Below are positions 37,296 through 48,859 of a DNA stretch of 64,000 nucleotides, piece after piece. The DNA comes from Basidiobolus meristosporus CBS 931.73 (lineage: Eukaryota; Fungi; Basidiobolomycota), in contig MCFE01000173.1 in the NCBI GenBank assembly GCA_002104905.1, positions 62,001 to 126,000 of the forward strand, in the 5' to 3' direction. Numbering within the stretch: position 1 is the first letter of the stretch; the number at the start of each line of letters is the position of its first letter. Made by a program: the position numbers and the translations under genes. The notes under the pieces are model-generated. The model was not told where the DNA came from. It saw only the letters and a list, made by a program, of their open reading frames with translations, and did no database searches.

Positions 37296-39261
37296 TGTTG
37301 TGTTTTATTATGATTAGTTTGGAGCTTGTTCTACAATGTAGAGGCTAATCAACAATATGCAACAACTTCCAGTATGCTAATACTCAAATAGTTTATTGGG
37401 AGTTTGATATACCAATGGAAGATATAACTTTCACTAATATCCTCAATCTAAGGCTCAAAATATACTATGGGCAGTGTTTCTCACTTCTACAGCAGTGTTC
37501 TGACCTTCTGTTGACTAATGGGCTTATTTACTTTTATAGTAACTTTTCTGTATATCAAAGTCACTTTCCTTTCTGAGTAGATATTTCCTAATGTGGAAGC
37601 TTAGAACTCCCCTTTAACCTAAAAAGGTGTGTTATAGAAGTATCTAAAGGGGTCTTTAGACCTATAGGGGTGCCTAAAAGGGTGTCTAAATGGGTGTCTT
37701 TATAGTAAAGGGGCTTCTTGTAGTGGTCTCTAAAGTGGACTTTGCACTAAAGGGGTGCCTAAAGGGGTTTCTTAACAAGGTCTCTAAAGGGGTGTTTAGA
37801 CTAAAGGGGTCTCTAAAGGGGGGTCTTCAGAGTGAAGGGGTTTCTTAGAGGTGACCTTTCCAGCTGAAAAGTGATAGTTTCTTGTAGAACTTAGATTGGA
37901 TTCTTGTGAGCTTTGCAGTCTCTTTACTGATGTAGTACCAATCAATGTCAGAATACTCAAAAGTGCAAGTGATGCAGGGGAAGCCTTATAACCTTTAAAC
38001 CTGTAACTGTAGTGTGGAGATTCTGGAAAGATGCTCTCCTTTATTTTTCAGCTGGGGAAGTCATATATATGAAATCTCTGAAGGATCAAAGTTTTTGGAA
38101 ATTTGCGCAAGCAATACACGTGAAACAAAGCTAAAACTCTGCAGTGGCGCAGATTGGACATAGGTGCAGCACCTGTGAAAATATCATATTATCAGACTTG
38201 TTCCGTTGGACAGTGCCACATTGAGCCATGAGGGCCAAATGATGCCATAGTGTGCCAGGGAGGCCAAGTGAGCCTAAGCCTGGCCATAGAGTGTGAAACA
38301 TAGCTCTTCATCTTCATGCAAAGCAGCCCCTGTGTTTCACCCATTGTGCTGGAGAAAATCCATGTTTGACCTTTTTTTTGGATCAATGTTGTGCATGATG
38401 TGTAAGAGCACAGAAGAATTGAAGACATGCACCTGGTACTCAATACCCATGGCACTCTGAAACTAGATTCTGTAGCTTGTATCATGTCACAAAAATGAAT
38501 GGCACTATCTTGGTCCACTGGTACCATCTGGCATTATAAGTGCTTTGTATAGGTCTTACTTTAGGGCTAATATTTAAATAGAGTGCCAGATAGTACCAGT
38601 GGACCAATATAGAGCCATTCATTTTGGTGACATGATATAAGCTACAGGAGCTAGATTCAGAGTGTCATGGGTATTGAGTACCAGATGCATGTCTTCAGTC
38701 CTTCTGTCCTCTTACACATCCTGCACAACACTGATCCAAAAAAAAAGGACAAAAAATGGATTTTTTCCAACACAATGGGTGAAACACAGGGGCTGCTTTG
38801 CATGAAAATCCAGAGCTATGTTTCACACTCTGGTGCCAAGTTTAGGTCTACTATGCCTCTCTGGCACGCAATGGCACTATATGGCACTCATGTCTCAATG
38901 TGGCACTATCTAACGGAACAAGTCTATTTGATTGGCAGGTTCAAAAGTTACATGCAATCAAAGTCACCATAGTAATACTAGCAATAGTGGCCTAGTGTAT
39001 ATAATAATTGGACTCTTTTGGTCATAACTCCTTAAGTACTACTTCAAATGAGCTGTAATTTGATACATGTATTGGTACTGCGTGTTCTGTATGACATAAT
39101 ATTCTTGGGTGGATGCTTGTCAGGGTCTGTAGTATTTTTCCTTCAAAGTTGTAAATTTTTGATCTTTCACCTGTGTGTTACAATAGCAAAAAGCAAAATA
39201 AAGAAATGAGTGCTATATTGTTTTGAGATACTGTAGTAATGGAATACTTTATATTACCACA
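37296..39261 (-). mobile_element. Solo LTR-like element family Y (~1230 bp plus foldback insertion)
   Basis: Same termini as 34144-35263, in reverse; perfect 4-bp TSD GATG (37292-37295 / 39262-39265); host ORF2 is continuous across it. Confidence 0.88.
38194..38925. mobile_element. Foldback (long palindrome) element, copy 2 (732 bp)
   Basis: Arms at 38194-~38535 and ~38581-38925 are inverted repeats (AGACTTGTTCCGTTGG.. / ..CTAACGGAACAAGTCT) with a ~45-bp spacer. Comparison with the empty sites at ~34477 and ~27632 shows a 3-bp duplication (ATC/ATT). Confidence 0.9.
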
Positions 39262-40248
39262 GATGGTGTGCTAGGCTTCTGGCGGCCTCTTGTATATTAG
39301 CCCACTCTTCATTATTGCACTCAACAGCTTCACAGATCTTCAATGTGTTTGGATTTTTAGGCTTTGGTAGTAATACCATATTGTCTCCCACCCACACTGT
39401 GATAGATTTTTCTGTTGGCTCTATCTTTGGGCACTACTATTGTGCTTCAAAGATTTTATGGCGCTCCTTGGCTGTTACATTGGGAAATGGCCCCATTTTT
39501 GGCTGTGACACTGAGCTACTTGAGTTCCTTCTTTGCAGCAAAGATACTGCTTTCTCTACCTGGGATATTGATTGCTCTACACATATTATCCACTCATCCT
39601 GTTTCTGGACTATTTCCTGATTTCTCTGGGCCATTGCATCTATCCTATCAGCCACTGCTCCTAATTGCTTCATTAATGCTCTAGTATGAGCTGACAACAT
39701 ACTTGCTAAAATGGGTGGTGGTGATGTTATCATGGCCACTTGCTGATCCTCAACTGAGAGTACTGCATTTGATACATTCACATCTGCCTGAGCATAATGG
39801 TCAGCTTGTGACTCCATAGAGGTTCCCAGTTGCCTACTTGACCAAGAGCCTGAGGAGTCCACATTATTACCTTCAATGGGCACACTGTACACAAGGCCTT
39901 TTTTGGATGTATCCCTGCTTGTTGCACTGAATGTCAAAGTAAGCTGTTGTCTAACCATTCTTCTGCGGCTGTGAGTGGTGGGGTTGGGTTAGGAACCAGA
40001 CAACTTTACTTTTTTTGGGGGGGCATATATATGGAAGTGAGTCAAACCAAAGGGGAAATAATGTTACATATATGTGTGTATATTGTGCCACACCTTGATT
40101 TATAATGCATACTATGGCAGGTCATCATTGAATCTTACATTCATGTAGGTGCAATGTCGCAAATACAAGACTGTCTTAATTTCAAATGAGTATTAACCAA
40201 GAAGTGATATAATAGTGTTATGTTGTTGAAGGTCAAACTGTTTGCCCC

Positions 40249-42970
40249 ATGGACAAGACTACTTTGACTCATCACTGTACAAGAAGAGAAAAAAGACCAT
40301 GTGGCTATTGTGGCAAGCCTCTCAGCCATGAGGCATGCAGACAGCATAGGAAGTATTACAAGGATCACAGCCAGTGTTTTGCCACAAAAGTTATATTTGA
40401 CCATTCATTGGTCACTACTGTACCTACATTATCTTGCCAGCCAGTTGATAAATCCATATTGGCACCTGGCTGTCTTTGTCACCTTGTGCAAACTGAGTCA
40501 GGTGAGTTTGTGATGCCTTTAGGCTCCTCTCAGCCTTCTGAATATGGCATGCAGAGTGATAGCTCTGACAAAAAAGGTACACGGATGGATTTTGGGCCCA
40601 TCTCCTCTAACAACAGTACCATATATGAGCCTGGTCTAATCCCTAGATGCAATGAGACAACACCCATTGTAACAAATGCCAAAGATACTTTATGGAGCCA
40701 AGTTAGCCCAGTAATCCATCTACTAGTGAATGCTGTGATGTTGTGGCTAGGGAAGTGGTGTGTTTCCACTAATATCAGTAATGGTAGCTTTCAGAATTTA
40801 TTACTACTTCTCACCAAAATCATACCAGGATGCAACTTGCCATGTACATGGCACAAGTGGACAACCATCATGTGGCTGGCAGCATATAACCCAGAGACTG
40901 TCTTGATTCCAGCATGTGTTAACAGTTGCATGGCATTAACATCCAAAAATGCTACCATTGCAATGTGTCCAAATTGTCAGGAATCCACCACCATTGAGGG
41001 AAACATTGTTCACACTCCAGATATATTCCAGTCATACCCTGCCTGAGGCAGCTGATGCAGTCCAACAAATATTGCAAAGCTATACAGTACTGTGCTCAGT
41101 ATCAATCACGCACAAACATATCCAATGTATTTGATGGCAAACGTTAAAAACAGTTAAGAAGTAAGGGCTACTTTGAAGGTATGTATTACCATGCCTTTGC
41201 TTGAGCACTGGATTGATTCTCATTTAGCAGTATTCTACCAGCAAATCCTGCTGGCCACTGATTCTCATCAATGTAAATATGCCACCCATCTTACAGTATC
41301 AAAGCAATAATCTGACAGTAGTCTCACTGGTATCTGGCCCTAAATCACCATCCAACCCAGATAGCTACCTGTACCCATTGCTGGATGAACTTTGTATGCT
41401 TTCCAGCAGGATAACAGTAAATGGCTGTCATGTAATAGCACATTTCATTATCTGTGTATGGAGATACCCCAGTCATCAGCAAGATAGCAGGTTTTTCTGG
41501 GCACAATGAATGGTATTGCTGCTGAATGTGTGAGATCTAGAGGATTTACTCCATAACTCACACAAATCATTATTATCCAAACACCAGCACTAAGAACATC
41601 ATCTTACCACAGAGAGAATGTACAGAAGCCAGCATGCAATTGCAGCAAAGTTGGCAAGTTATAAGCCATTGGCCAAAATATGGAATCAATTTGAAACCAG
41701 AAATACTTATGATAGAAGGTATCTGTTGGAGCAAAAGCTTTCCACTGGATGCAATGCATTTGCTTTTCAACAATATCCCTATAATGAAGACCAAGTTGTA
41801 CATGTGGCATTTCAAGCTAAATGAGCCCTTTGAGATACTGGAGAAATTTGAAAGAATTGGCAAAATATAAAAGAGTATCTGCTACCCTAAATACTTCTGA
41901 CAGGCTTCAATTAATATTCATATGTGGATATTGTAGGAATATTTATCCACAAGGGGATCACCAATGCCAACGTGACGCATCTACACCTGATGTGTGAGGA
42001 GTTTGTGATGGGATTTGAGCAGTTATACTACAAACATGAAGCTGAACATGTAGATCTCTGCTGCAACTGTATCTATTCTCCATTCCATCTTGCATGGTAT
42101 GCGGAGAATGTTGGGCCTTACTTCACCTTTTAGGAGTTTCCTATGGAGCAGATATGTGGGGAGATAGGAAGACAAGTCAGGTTGCATGTACTATCCTATC
42201 TCAATCTCATCAAGAATATTGCCTTCAAGTCTGTCATGGATGTGATGAGTTGGCGCATGGAGGACAGCCCAGATGAGTAGGAAGATACTGAGGACAAATG
42301 TGCATATGGAGACACCTATGCCTATAGCATTAAGAAGCTAAGCAGCCCCAATGCTTGGGTAATCAGTTAAGTAATGCAAAGTTAGGTTGGGAGCAACAAG
42401 CAACTAATTTTTATCAGGAAAACTCTACCAAGGTATGCCAGATTTCTTATGGTTGCAAGCCAACTTCTACACCATTCAATACAGATTCACACAAACAAAA
42501 GCCAGAGCACACCTATCAGGGGGACTAAAATCCAGCAGAGAGAAGGATTATATTGGCTAAATACTAAGAAGTTCTTTGCAGATATTCAGCATGTATTCAT
42601 GGCAGAAGTGGCAACAACCAAGCATATGTTTGCAAGATGTATATGTTACCGGCAGTACAAGGTATATATGCCAACTTTGCAAGTATCACACTAAAAAGCT
42701 GTAAAGTTGAGGTGATAGAAGTATGTCAATTGCAGCAGGTGTGTGTGTTTGTAGAGGTTAGTAAGCAGGAGGCCATGGTTTTTTTGATTCAAACTATATG
42801 CAGAATACCCAAGGTAGTAGTGGATGAGCAAATAATGAGGGGTGATTCTACAGTGGAATATATGTATTGCAGAAGGGGAGGTAGAAAAAGGCAATATCAT
42901 TTGGTAAATTAATATGGTAGCATTACACAGAACCAGCTGTAGGCCATCAAACTGCCAATCTAATGCCATC
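40249..42970 (+). pseudogene. CACTA/EnSpm transposase (Transposase_21/Tnp2-like), degenerate
   Basis: ACVNSC..CPNC; VSGPKSPSNPDSYLYPLLDEL; GDTP; DAMHLLFNNI; F*EFPMEQICG (WxFPMER motif). Many stops and frameshifts; 3' end is approximate. Confidence 0.85.
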
Positions 42971-43179
42971 AGAGTCTTGCTGTGAGGCTGTCAAAATACC
43001 ATCATGTTTCTTGCCATTTAAGACAATTGGATGTCTTGGCCAACTGGATCCACTTAAAGTAGTTATAGAGTACTGAAAGACCGCAATAATACCATGTAAA
43101 TATTGTCACAGCACCAATGAAATATTGTTAAGTTTTATCCCTTTATTTGGTTGGAAAATTAGCAAAACACCATTGTGAT

Positions 43180-44560
43180 ACTATCATAAGATTGTTAGGA
43201 GGGTGACTAGTTCCAAGCTGCTGGTATTATGATGGTCTCTTAATGGGATTCTGACGGCTGATCCAGATCAGATCCACTCATGGGACCAAATTATTTTTCA
43301 TAGGGTTATTGAGTGGTGGATTTTAGTAGAGTTACTTGTTGAGTGTGGGGTTGAGCATAATGTTATGGTACAGTATAGGGACTTGTACAGGTCAATACAA
43401 TTGGCAATTGAGGTACAACTGAAGCTTTAGTGGAAATAAATCAACTTGTATGCATGAAAATTAAGAGAAATGGTTGAGTCAGCAAGTAAGGAGGGAGAAA
43501 AAGAGGCATTAGCCAATCAATGCACACAAATGTAGGAGGTGCTAGAGTGTCTGGGATCAGATTGTGAGAAAATTGGCAGAGAACCAGTCCATAGCCACTT
43601 TTGTTTTGTTGTGATGAAAAATTCTGCCCAAGTTTTTGTGAAATATGGGGTGCAATTATTTTTTGATGGTGTGGTGGTGTAGAGGTACTCCTGGGAGAAG
43701 CTACACAACTCAAGGTGTGTGAGGTGTCTGATGGGTGCAATAACCTCTGGGTCTAAACTGCTGGTGTCTTTGTCAATAGGTCTCTATGGTAAAAGCTCCT
43801 GCTTCTCTAGCTTCCTAGGTGCTCCAAGTGTCTCCAAAGGCCTCTGTGTGTCTTGTGCACTACCCTAAAAAGCTCCTTGATGGCAGGTCTGAGATGAACT
43901 GTTGAAGGCAGGTGCAGTGATCAACTGCTAATCAATAAGGTAGAAGTGTTACTGATAGAAGTGATGATTTATTGATGAGGGATTGCTTTCCCTTAAATAC
44001 TTTTCCTGATTGCCAAGTGATTACTAATGACAAGGTTCTAGAAGATTCTAGGCATCAGTGGAATTCTTGATGACATCACTATGAGCTAAAAATATGCCAA
44101 GAATGTCCTGGAAGGTTCTAAAGGGCACAGCACATCCAACCAATCAGGAATCAGTAGTCTGAAACCTGTGCGACATAGAAATACCATATATGGTATTGAA
44201 ATGGTAGGGATGGTAACACAGACTTAGGTCATCTGTCATGGGTACTGATGCAGGTACTTGCCTTATGTAGATACATATACTGATCACAAAGCTGAATAAC
44301 ATCTGGGATAACTAATGCTAATAACTAATCAGGGTAAACATCTTATGGGGATAATACTGATAATATGGGCAAAAGAAGAATGGGATAATACTGATAAGAT
44401 AAAATATGGATAAGTACATCATAATGACTATATGAATAAACTTGTCTGTGGAAGGTATGTTTACCCTACCACAAAGGTCTTTGCACAGTGTCCTGGTGGA
44501 ATCAATACTTCTTAGTCATGGTACTTAGAATTTGTGATGGTCTTTTGACAGGATCATTGC
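43180..44560 (-). repeat. Segment 'D' copy (putative CACTA flank), interrupted by LTR E
   Basis: Reverse complement of 35267-35706 once 43670-44473 is removed. Confidence 0.65.
43670..44473 (-). mobile_element. Solo LTR family E (804 bp)
   Basis: TGTGGTGG..CTACCACA; 4-bp TSD ATGG/AAGG deduced from the empty site at ~35345; TATA-like motif then AATAAA on the minus strand; short GGATAATACTGATAA repeats at ~44349-44397. Confidence 0.8.
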
Positions 44561-45210
44561 AACAATCATTCTTAGGGAATCCTCTGGAGCAAAAAATACT
44601 TAGTGCTTTGCTGTGTTTTGATCTTGAATACTGGTGGTGTTGAGATTAAATATTTGTTTTCATCTGATGTCATTTTTTGTGAGACTTTGACTTTTCATCC
44701 AACAGAATATTGCTGGGCTTGATCAGCCTTTTGGCTTTGGTAATATCAAGTCTTCAAGCCTTACTTCTATGGCAATTGCTCAAGAATATACATTGCAGAC
44801 AAACTATTGGCACTTTACTATTTCTAGTACAAAGAGTACTTCTCTGAGGGTAGGTACATTGCTTCCTTCATTGACTCTTATGCTTGCTTAGATAGTCCCC
44901 TGTCCAACTGCATCAAGTGTTCTGTTGTCTTCCATGAACATCTCTTCAATTGAAATTTCTCAATCTTGAGTAAATGTACTTTTGATATGTAAAGTGTTGA
45001 GTTGCTCCAGATTCAATATTCCATGTGTTCAAATCCTTATTTGTAGCTACAATGAGTGCAGACACCAATATTCTCTCTTCATTGGTTGCAGAATTTCTAT
45101 ATTCAGGCCTTTTCTGGTAATTTTTTTTGGTCTGATGTATACCCATTCCTTTTGTAATAGCTACAAGAGCAGTTGCTATTCCCTCTGAATGATCTTGAGT
45201 ACCTCCTATG
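44560..45210 (-). mobile_element. Copia B fragment (zinc knuckle, protease, deleted integrase tail)
   Basis: WNIESGATQHFTYQK and DNRTLDAVGQGTI, homologous to 30240-30480. Confidence 0.8.
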
Positions 45211-45559
45211 TGTTGCAATATTCTGAGGAGAATCGGAAGTGATGTGGAGAACTGTAGGATTTACATGCTATTCACTTGTAGATTTATTGATCAAAAATGT
45301 TGTATCTATACTTTTGATAAAGTAGAGCAAACAAACATATAGTGTTTGTTAAGGAAGGTCCTAAGAATATGTGCGCAAAGCTTGGGGGCTTTTGGACAAC
45401 TTTGAGAAATATCATAATCTGGATACCTGATATTTTGGTATAAATATTTTTGGTAAATCCCAACTAGAAATTTGGTCAGGACAGAATGCTATTCAAAGAA
45501 TAAGATCAATGTGACCAAGTTAGCATGCATATTCATGTGAAAACTTAATAATCTTAACC
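45211..45559 (-). repeat. Copia LTR, subfamily B2
   Basis: Colinear with 48510-48854. Confidence 0.85.
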
Positions 45560-48100
45560 CTCCCACGCAACAAAGTATTTATAAGTGATAAATATATATT
45601 GCAAGTGTGCAATCTGTAATACATGTATAGGACTTAACTGATTTGCATACTGAACTAATATATCATCCAACAGGATATGATTGACTGTTCAACTTAATGA
45701 AACAAGTTACTTGTTATTCAATGTGCATATCTACTCAATAGTATGCCTCAAAAATCTGACTGTTCTGATTGTTATACTAACAATTAAATTTAGTCAGCTG
45801 TACATGCTTGAATAATGAGCTGAGCCTAATTGTCTGATTGTAATAATGCTATATAGCCACTGGGCTATCCAATGCTTCTTATTTGAGCAAAACTGACCCA
45901 CCTTTGGTCAAGTCATGGTTTTGTCATTTACAGCAGATTGTGAGTTTCTGTATTTCCAGGCAACAGTCTAATTCAATGTGATAACTTCACTGTATGTCCA
46001 TATTAGGCTCAGGGACACCTACTTCCATCCTATGGACTCTGAATGAGGTAAAAGAAATGACCTATATTGGGCCAAGTTAAGGTTTTGTCATTTACGCCTG
46101 ATCCAGATTATCCTCATTTCCAGGCACTGCAGCACATACAACTTGGCCAAAAAAAGGCTTTTACTCAACTCTGAGCTTGAATGGCCTGCTCTCACTTGAT
46201 TCATGCTTGTTTAGTGACTCTGATCCACCGAAAATGATATAGAGTGGGCATAGTGACTTCCTTAAGTAGCAGTAACTTTCTTTGGATTGATTACTTCATA
46301 TACAGTAGAATCAAAGTCTTTTGCTTCTTGATTTACCCAGTTTGGTATCAGACAATACCATAGGTTGTTTGGTAGCTATTTTTAGAGTGCTTCCATTGAC
46401 TTAGATTGATACAGCTGCTTTTCTCTTAACTGAATATACATGTAGAGTAGAGATTGGTACTTTTCCAAAAGTGATACTCTCCTTAACCAGGGCCTTGATT
46501 ATGCTTAATTCTCCTGATAGTTATGTTCAAACTTGCGCTTGGTTTGCAAGGCTAACTGATCTTCTTGGCATCTTCAGAAGTAATAAAAAGCTATCTGGTT
46601 GATCCTTGCACCTTTTTCTTTCAGCTCCATAGACAGCAGACATCAAGACTTCTGCTTTAAATAATCTGCTCCAATATATACCATAATATCTGAAAGATTC
46701 TGTTGAAGTTTCAGGGCTCTTCTGGGGTTTGTGGCATGTGAACTTTGTAAAAGAGGCTCTATGAAGTATATCTGCATTGCCAGAGAGTCCAAATAGAGCC
46801 TACATAGGTTTTGACTCCATTTGGGAAGTACCCTAATTTGAGGTAGTAGAATTTTTGCATTTTGTTCTTTTTTTTCTGCTGATGACCCAACAAAGTTCCT
46901 TTTGTGGGATGGTTCTGTACTTCCTTACAGGTGGAACCACAGTGTGTCTGAGCATATAGGACCTCATGACACCATTGGTCTGGAATATAAGACTATTTGA
47001 GAGTGATAAAATTGAAATTGACATCTACTTAGATCAATTGTATTTTTGATAGAATTAACCAAATTTAATCAAATAAGCTGTATTTGAAAGCTAGCTTCAT
47101 TGGTACTTTGGTATCAGATTCAAAGTATCAGTTTTTTGAGTTGCAGTGCTTGGCAGTGACTTGATCAGTCACAATTCTTCTGATCTGATGCAAAGAATCA
47201 TTTGTCACCAAGTGTTTTCTTGGACTCTAACAAGAGGTATATATAACAAGTATAAAGTACTATGTTATCTTCTGAGTGGCTCTTAGCTGTATACTGGCCA
47301 ACTGTTGCTTGGTTATATACTTCAATCAGGCTTGCAATCATTGCTTCACTCTTTTTGGCCAGTGGTAGAATTTCCTTGAATGGATTTTGCTAAATTTGTA
47401 TAAAACTTTGTTCCACTGATTTGAGACTTAAACTGAGTGAATGCACATCTAACTGCTCCATATTTAGCCCCTGGCTCATTGGTTTCAGCATCAAAACACT
47501 TGAAACAATTACAGCATTCTTTGAATAGATCTTGTAGCAAGTATCCATACTCCAGGTAGATAAAAATGTATTATATATTGGTAGGATCCTGACAGTTGAA
47601 GGAGCCTCTTTCTGAGATCTCCTTCCATCTATAGGCAGCCCAAAACAGTGGTCAACAGCTCTAGTATTTGTATTCTCACTCTGATTTTGAGTGGCAACAA
47701 GTTTGGTGAAATCTTCCTCTGGCAACCATTCAAGAATCATCAATTTTTTTGCAATTCAGGATAATATCCTATTCAAAAGCTTGTCTAACAGTCAATTGAT
47801 GTCATTTGAATACATATAGCACTTTAATTCAATGTAAATTTGGACCCTCAATTGCTGATATAATGCAATTTTCTTCAGTAATGGTTGAGCCTCAGTATAC
47901 TATATTTCTTGACATATTTATATGCCAGCTTGATGAGCTCTCCTTCTTAACTAGCTAGAGTAGTTACTGAATGGGTCTTTTGAAGGCAATGCCTTCTTCT
48001 CCACAGCAATATCCTCATAAACATGGTCCTTTGAGCAGCAGTAGTCATCTTTAACATTGGCAGAGCAATAGTGTGGAAAGTCTTCCTGCAGACTGCAGAA

Positions 48101-48449
48101 TTTTGCAAGAGTCTTGGAGATATTGATAGTGATTGGGAGGACAAGTAGATTTTGTGGCTTTCACTGAATGATATATTGAACGCAAAAGTAGTGTTTAAAC
48201 TTTTGTATGGTCTTGACATAGCAAACATGTAGAATAGATTTAGAAAGATCCCAAGAACATGTGTGCAGAGCTTGGGGCTATTTGGACAGCTTTGAGAATT
48301 CTCATATTCTGGGTACCTGATATTTTTGCAAAAATATTCCAAGTAAATCTAGACAAGAAATTTGGTCAGTATTCTCTAGGATTTGAAGGTAATGATCTAA
48401 GTGACTAAGTTAGGTGAGTATTTAGGTGGAATTACAGATTTTTATGACA
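48101..48449 (-). repeat. Copia LTR, family B
   Basis: Reverse complement of the 12557-12903 / 28610-28959 type. Confidence 0.85.
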
Positions 48450-48496
48450 CAGAAAAGGATCCAAAGTGAAGCAGACACCTAGGGAACAACAAGCTT

Positions 48497-48854
48497 GGGG
48501 CTCATAGCCTGTTGTAATATTCTGAGAAGTATTGGAAGTGATGCGGAGAACTAGAAGATTTACATGCTATACACTTGTAGATTTATTGATCAAAAATGTG
48601 GTATTTATACTTTTGATAAAGTGGAGCAAACAAACATGTAGAGCTTGTTAAGAAAGGGCCTAAGAGTATGTGTGCAAAGTTTGGGGGCTTTTGGACAACT
48701 CTGAGAAAGAGCATAATCCAGGTATCTGATAATTGGGTGAAAATATTCCAAGTTCCAACAAGAAATATGGTCAGGACAGAATGCTACTCAAAGAATAAGA
48801 TCTATGTGACCAAGATAGCATGAATATTTAGGTGACAACTTAATAATTATAACA
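48497..48854 (-). repeat. Copia LTR subfamily B2 (48510-48854) with PBS GGCTATGAGCCCC (48509-48497)
   Basis: TG..CA ends; PBS directly adjacent; only ~50 bp of leader before the next LTR. Confidence 0.85.
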
Positions 48855-48859
48855 CTATG

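Larger units (their letters stand above)
35706..39958 (-). pseudogene. CACTA second gene (ORF2), divergent from the transposase; interrupted by LTR Y and LTR C2
   Basis: ORF 39958-39437 continues to 39266, resumes at 37295 exactly after the Y TSD, and continues past C2 to EFWNSNKHNKRLQRYIKSSAQ..CKDLLQRLAGEV..WEPVNEQW (~35930-35740). Confidence 0.7.

Noticed and set aside
38555-38570. Telomeric TTAGGG in the foldback spacer; CCCTTTA arrays as telomere relics
   Set aside because: A single hexamer, and the Y arrays have 12-13-nt units that match no telomere repeat.
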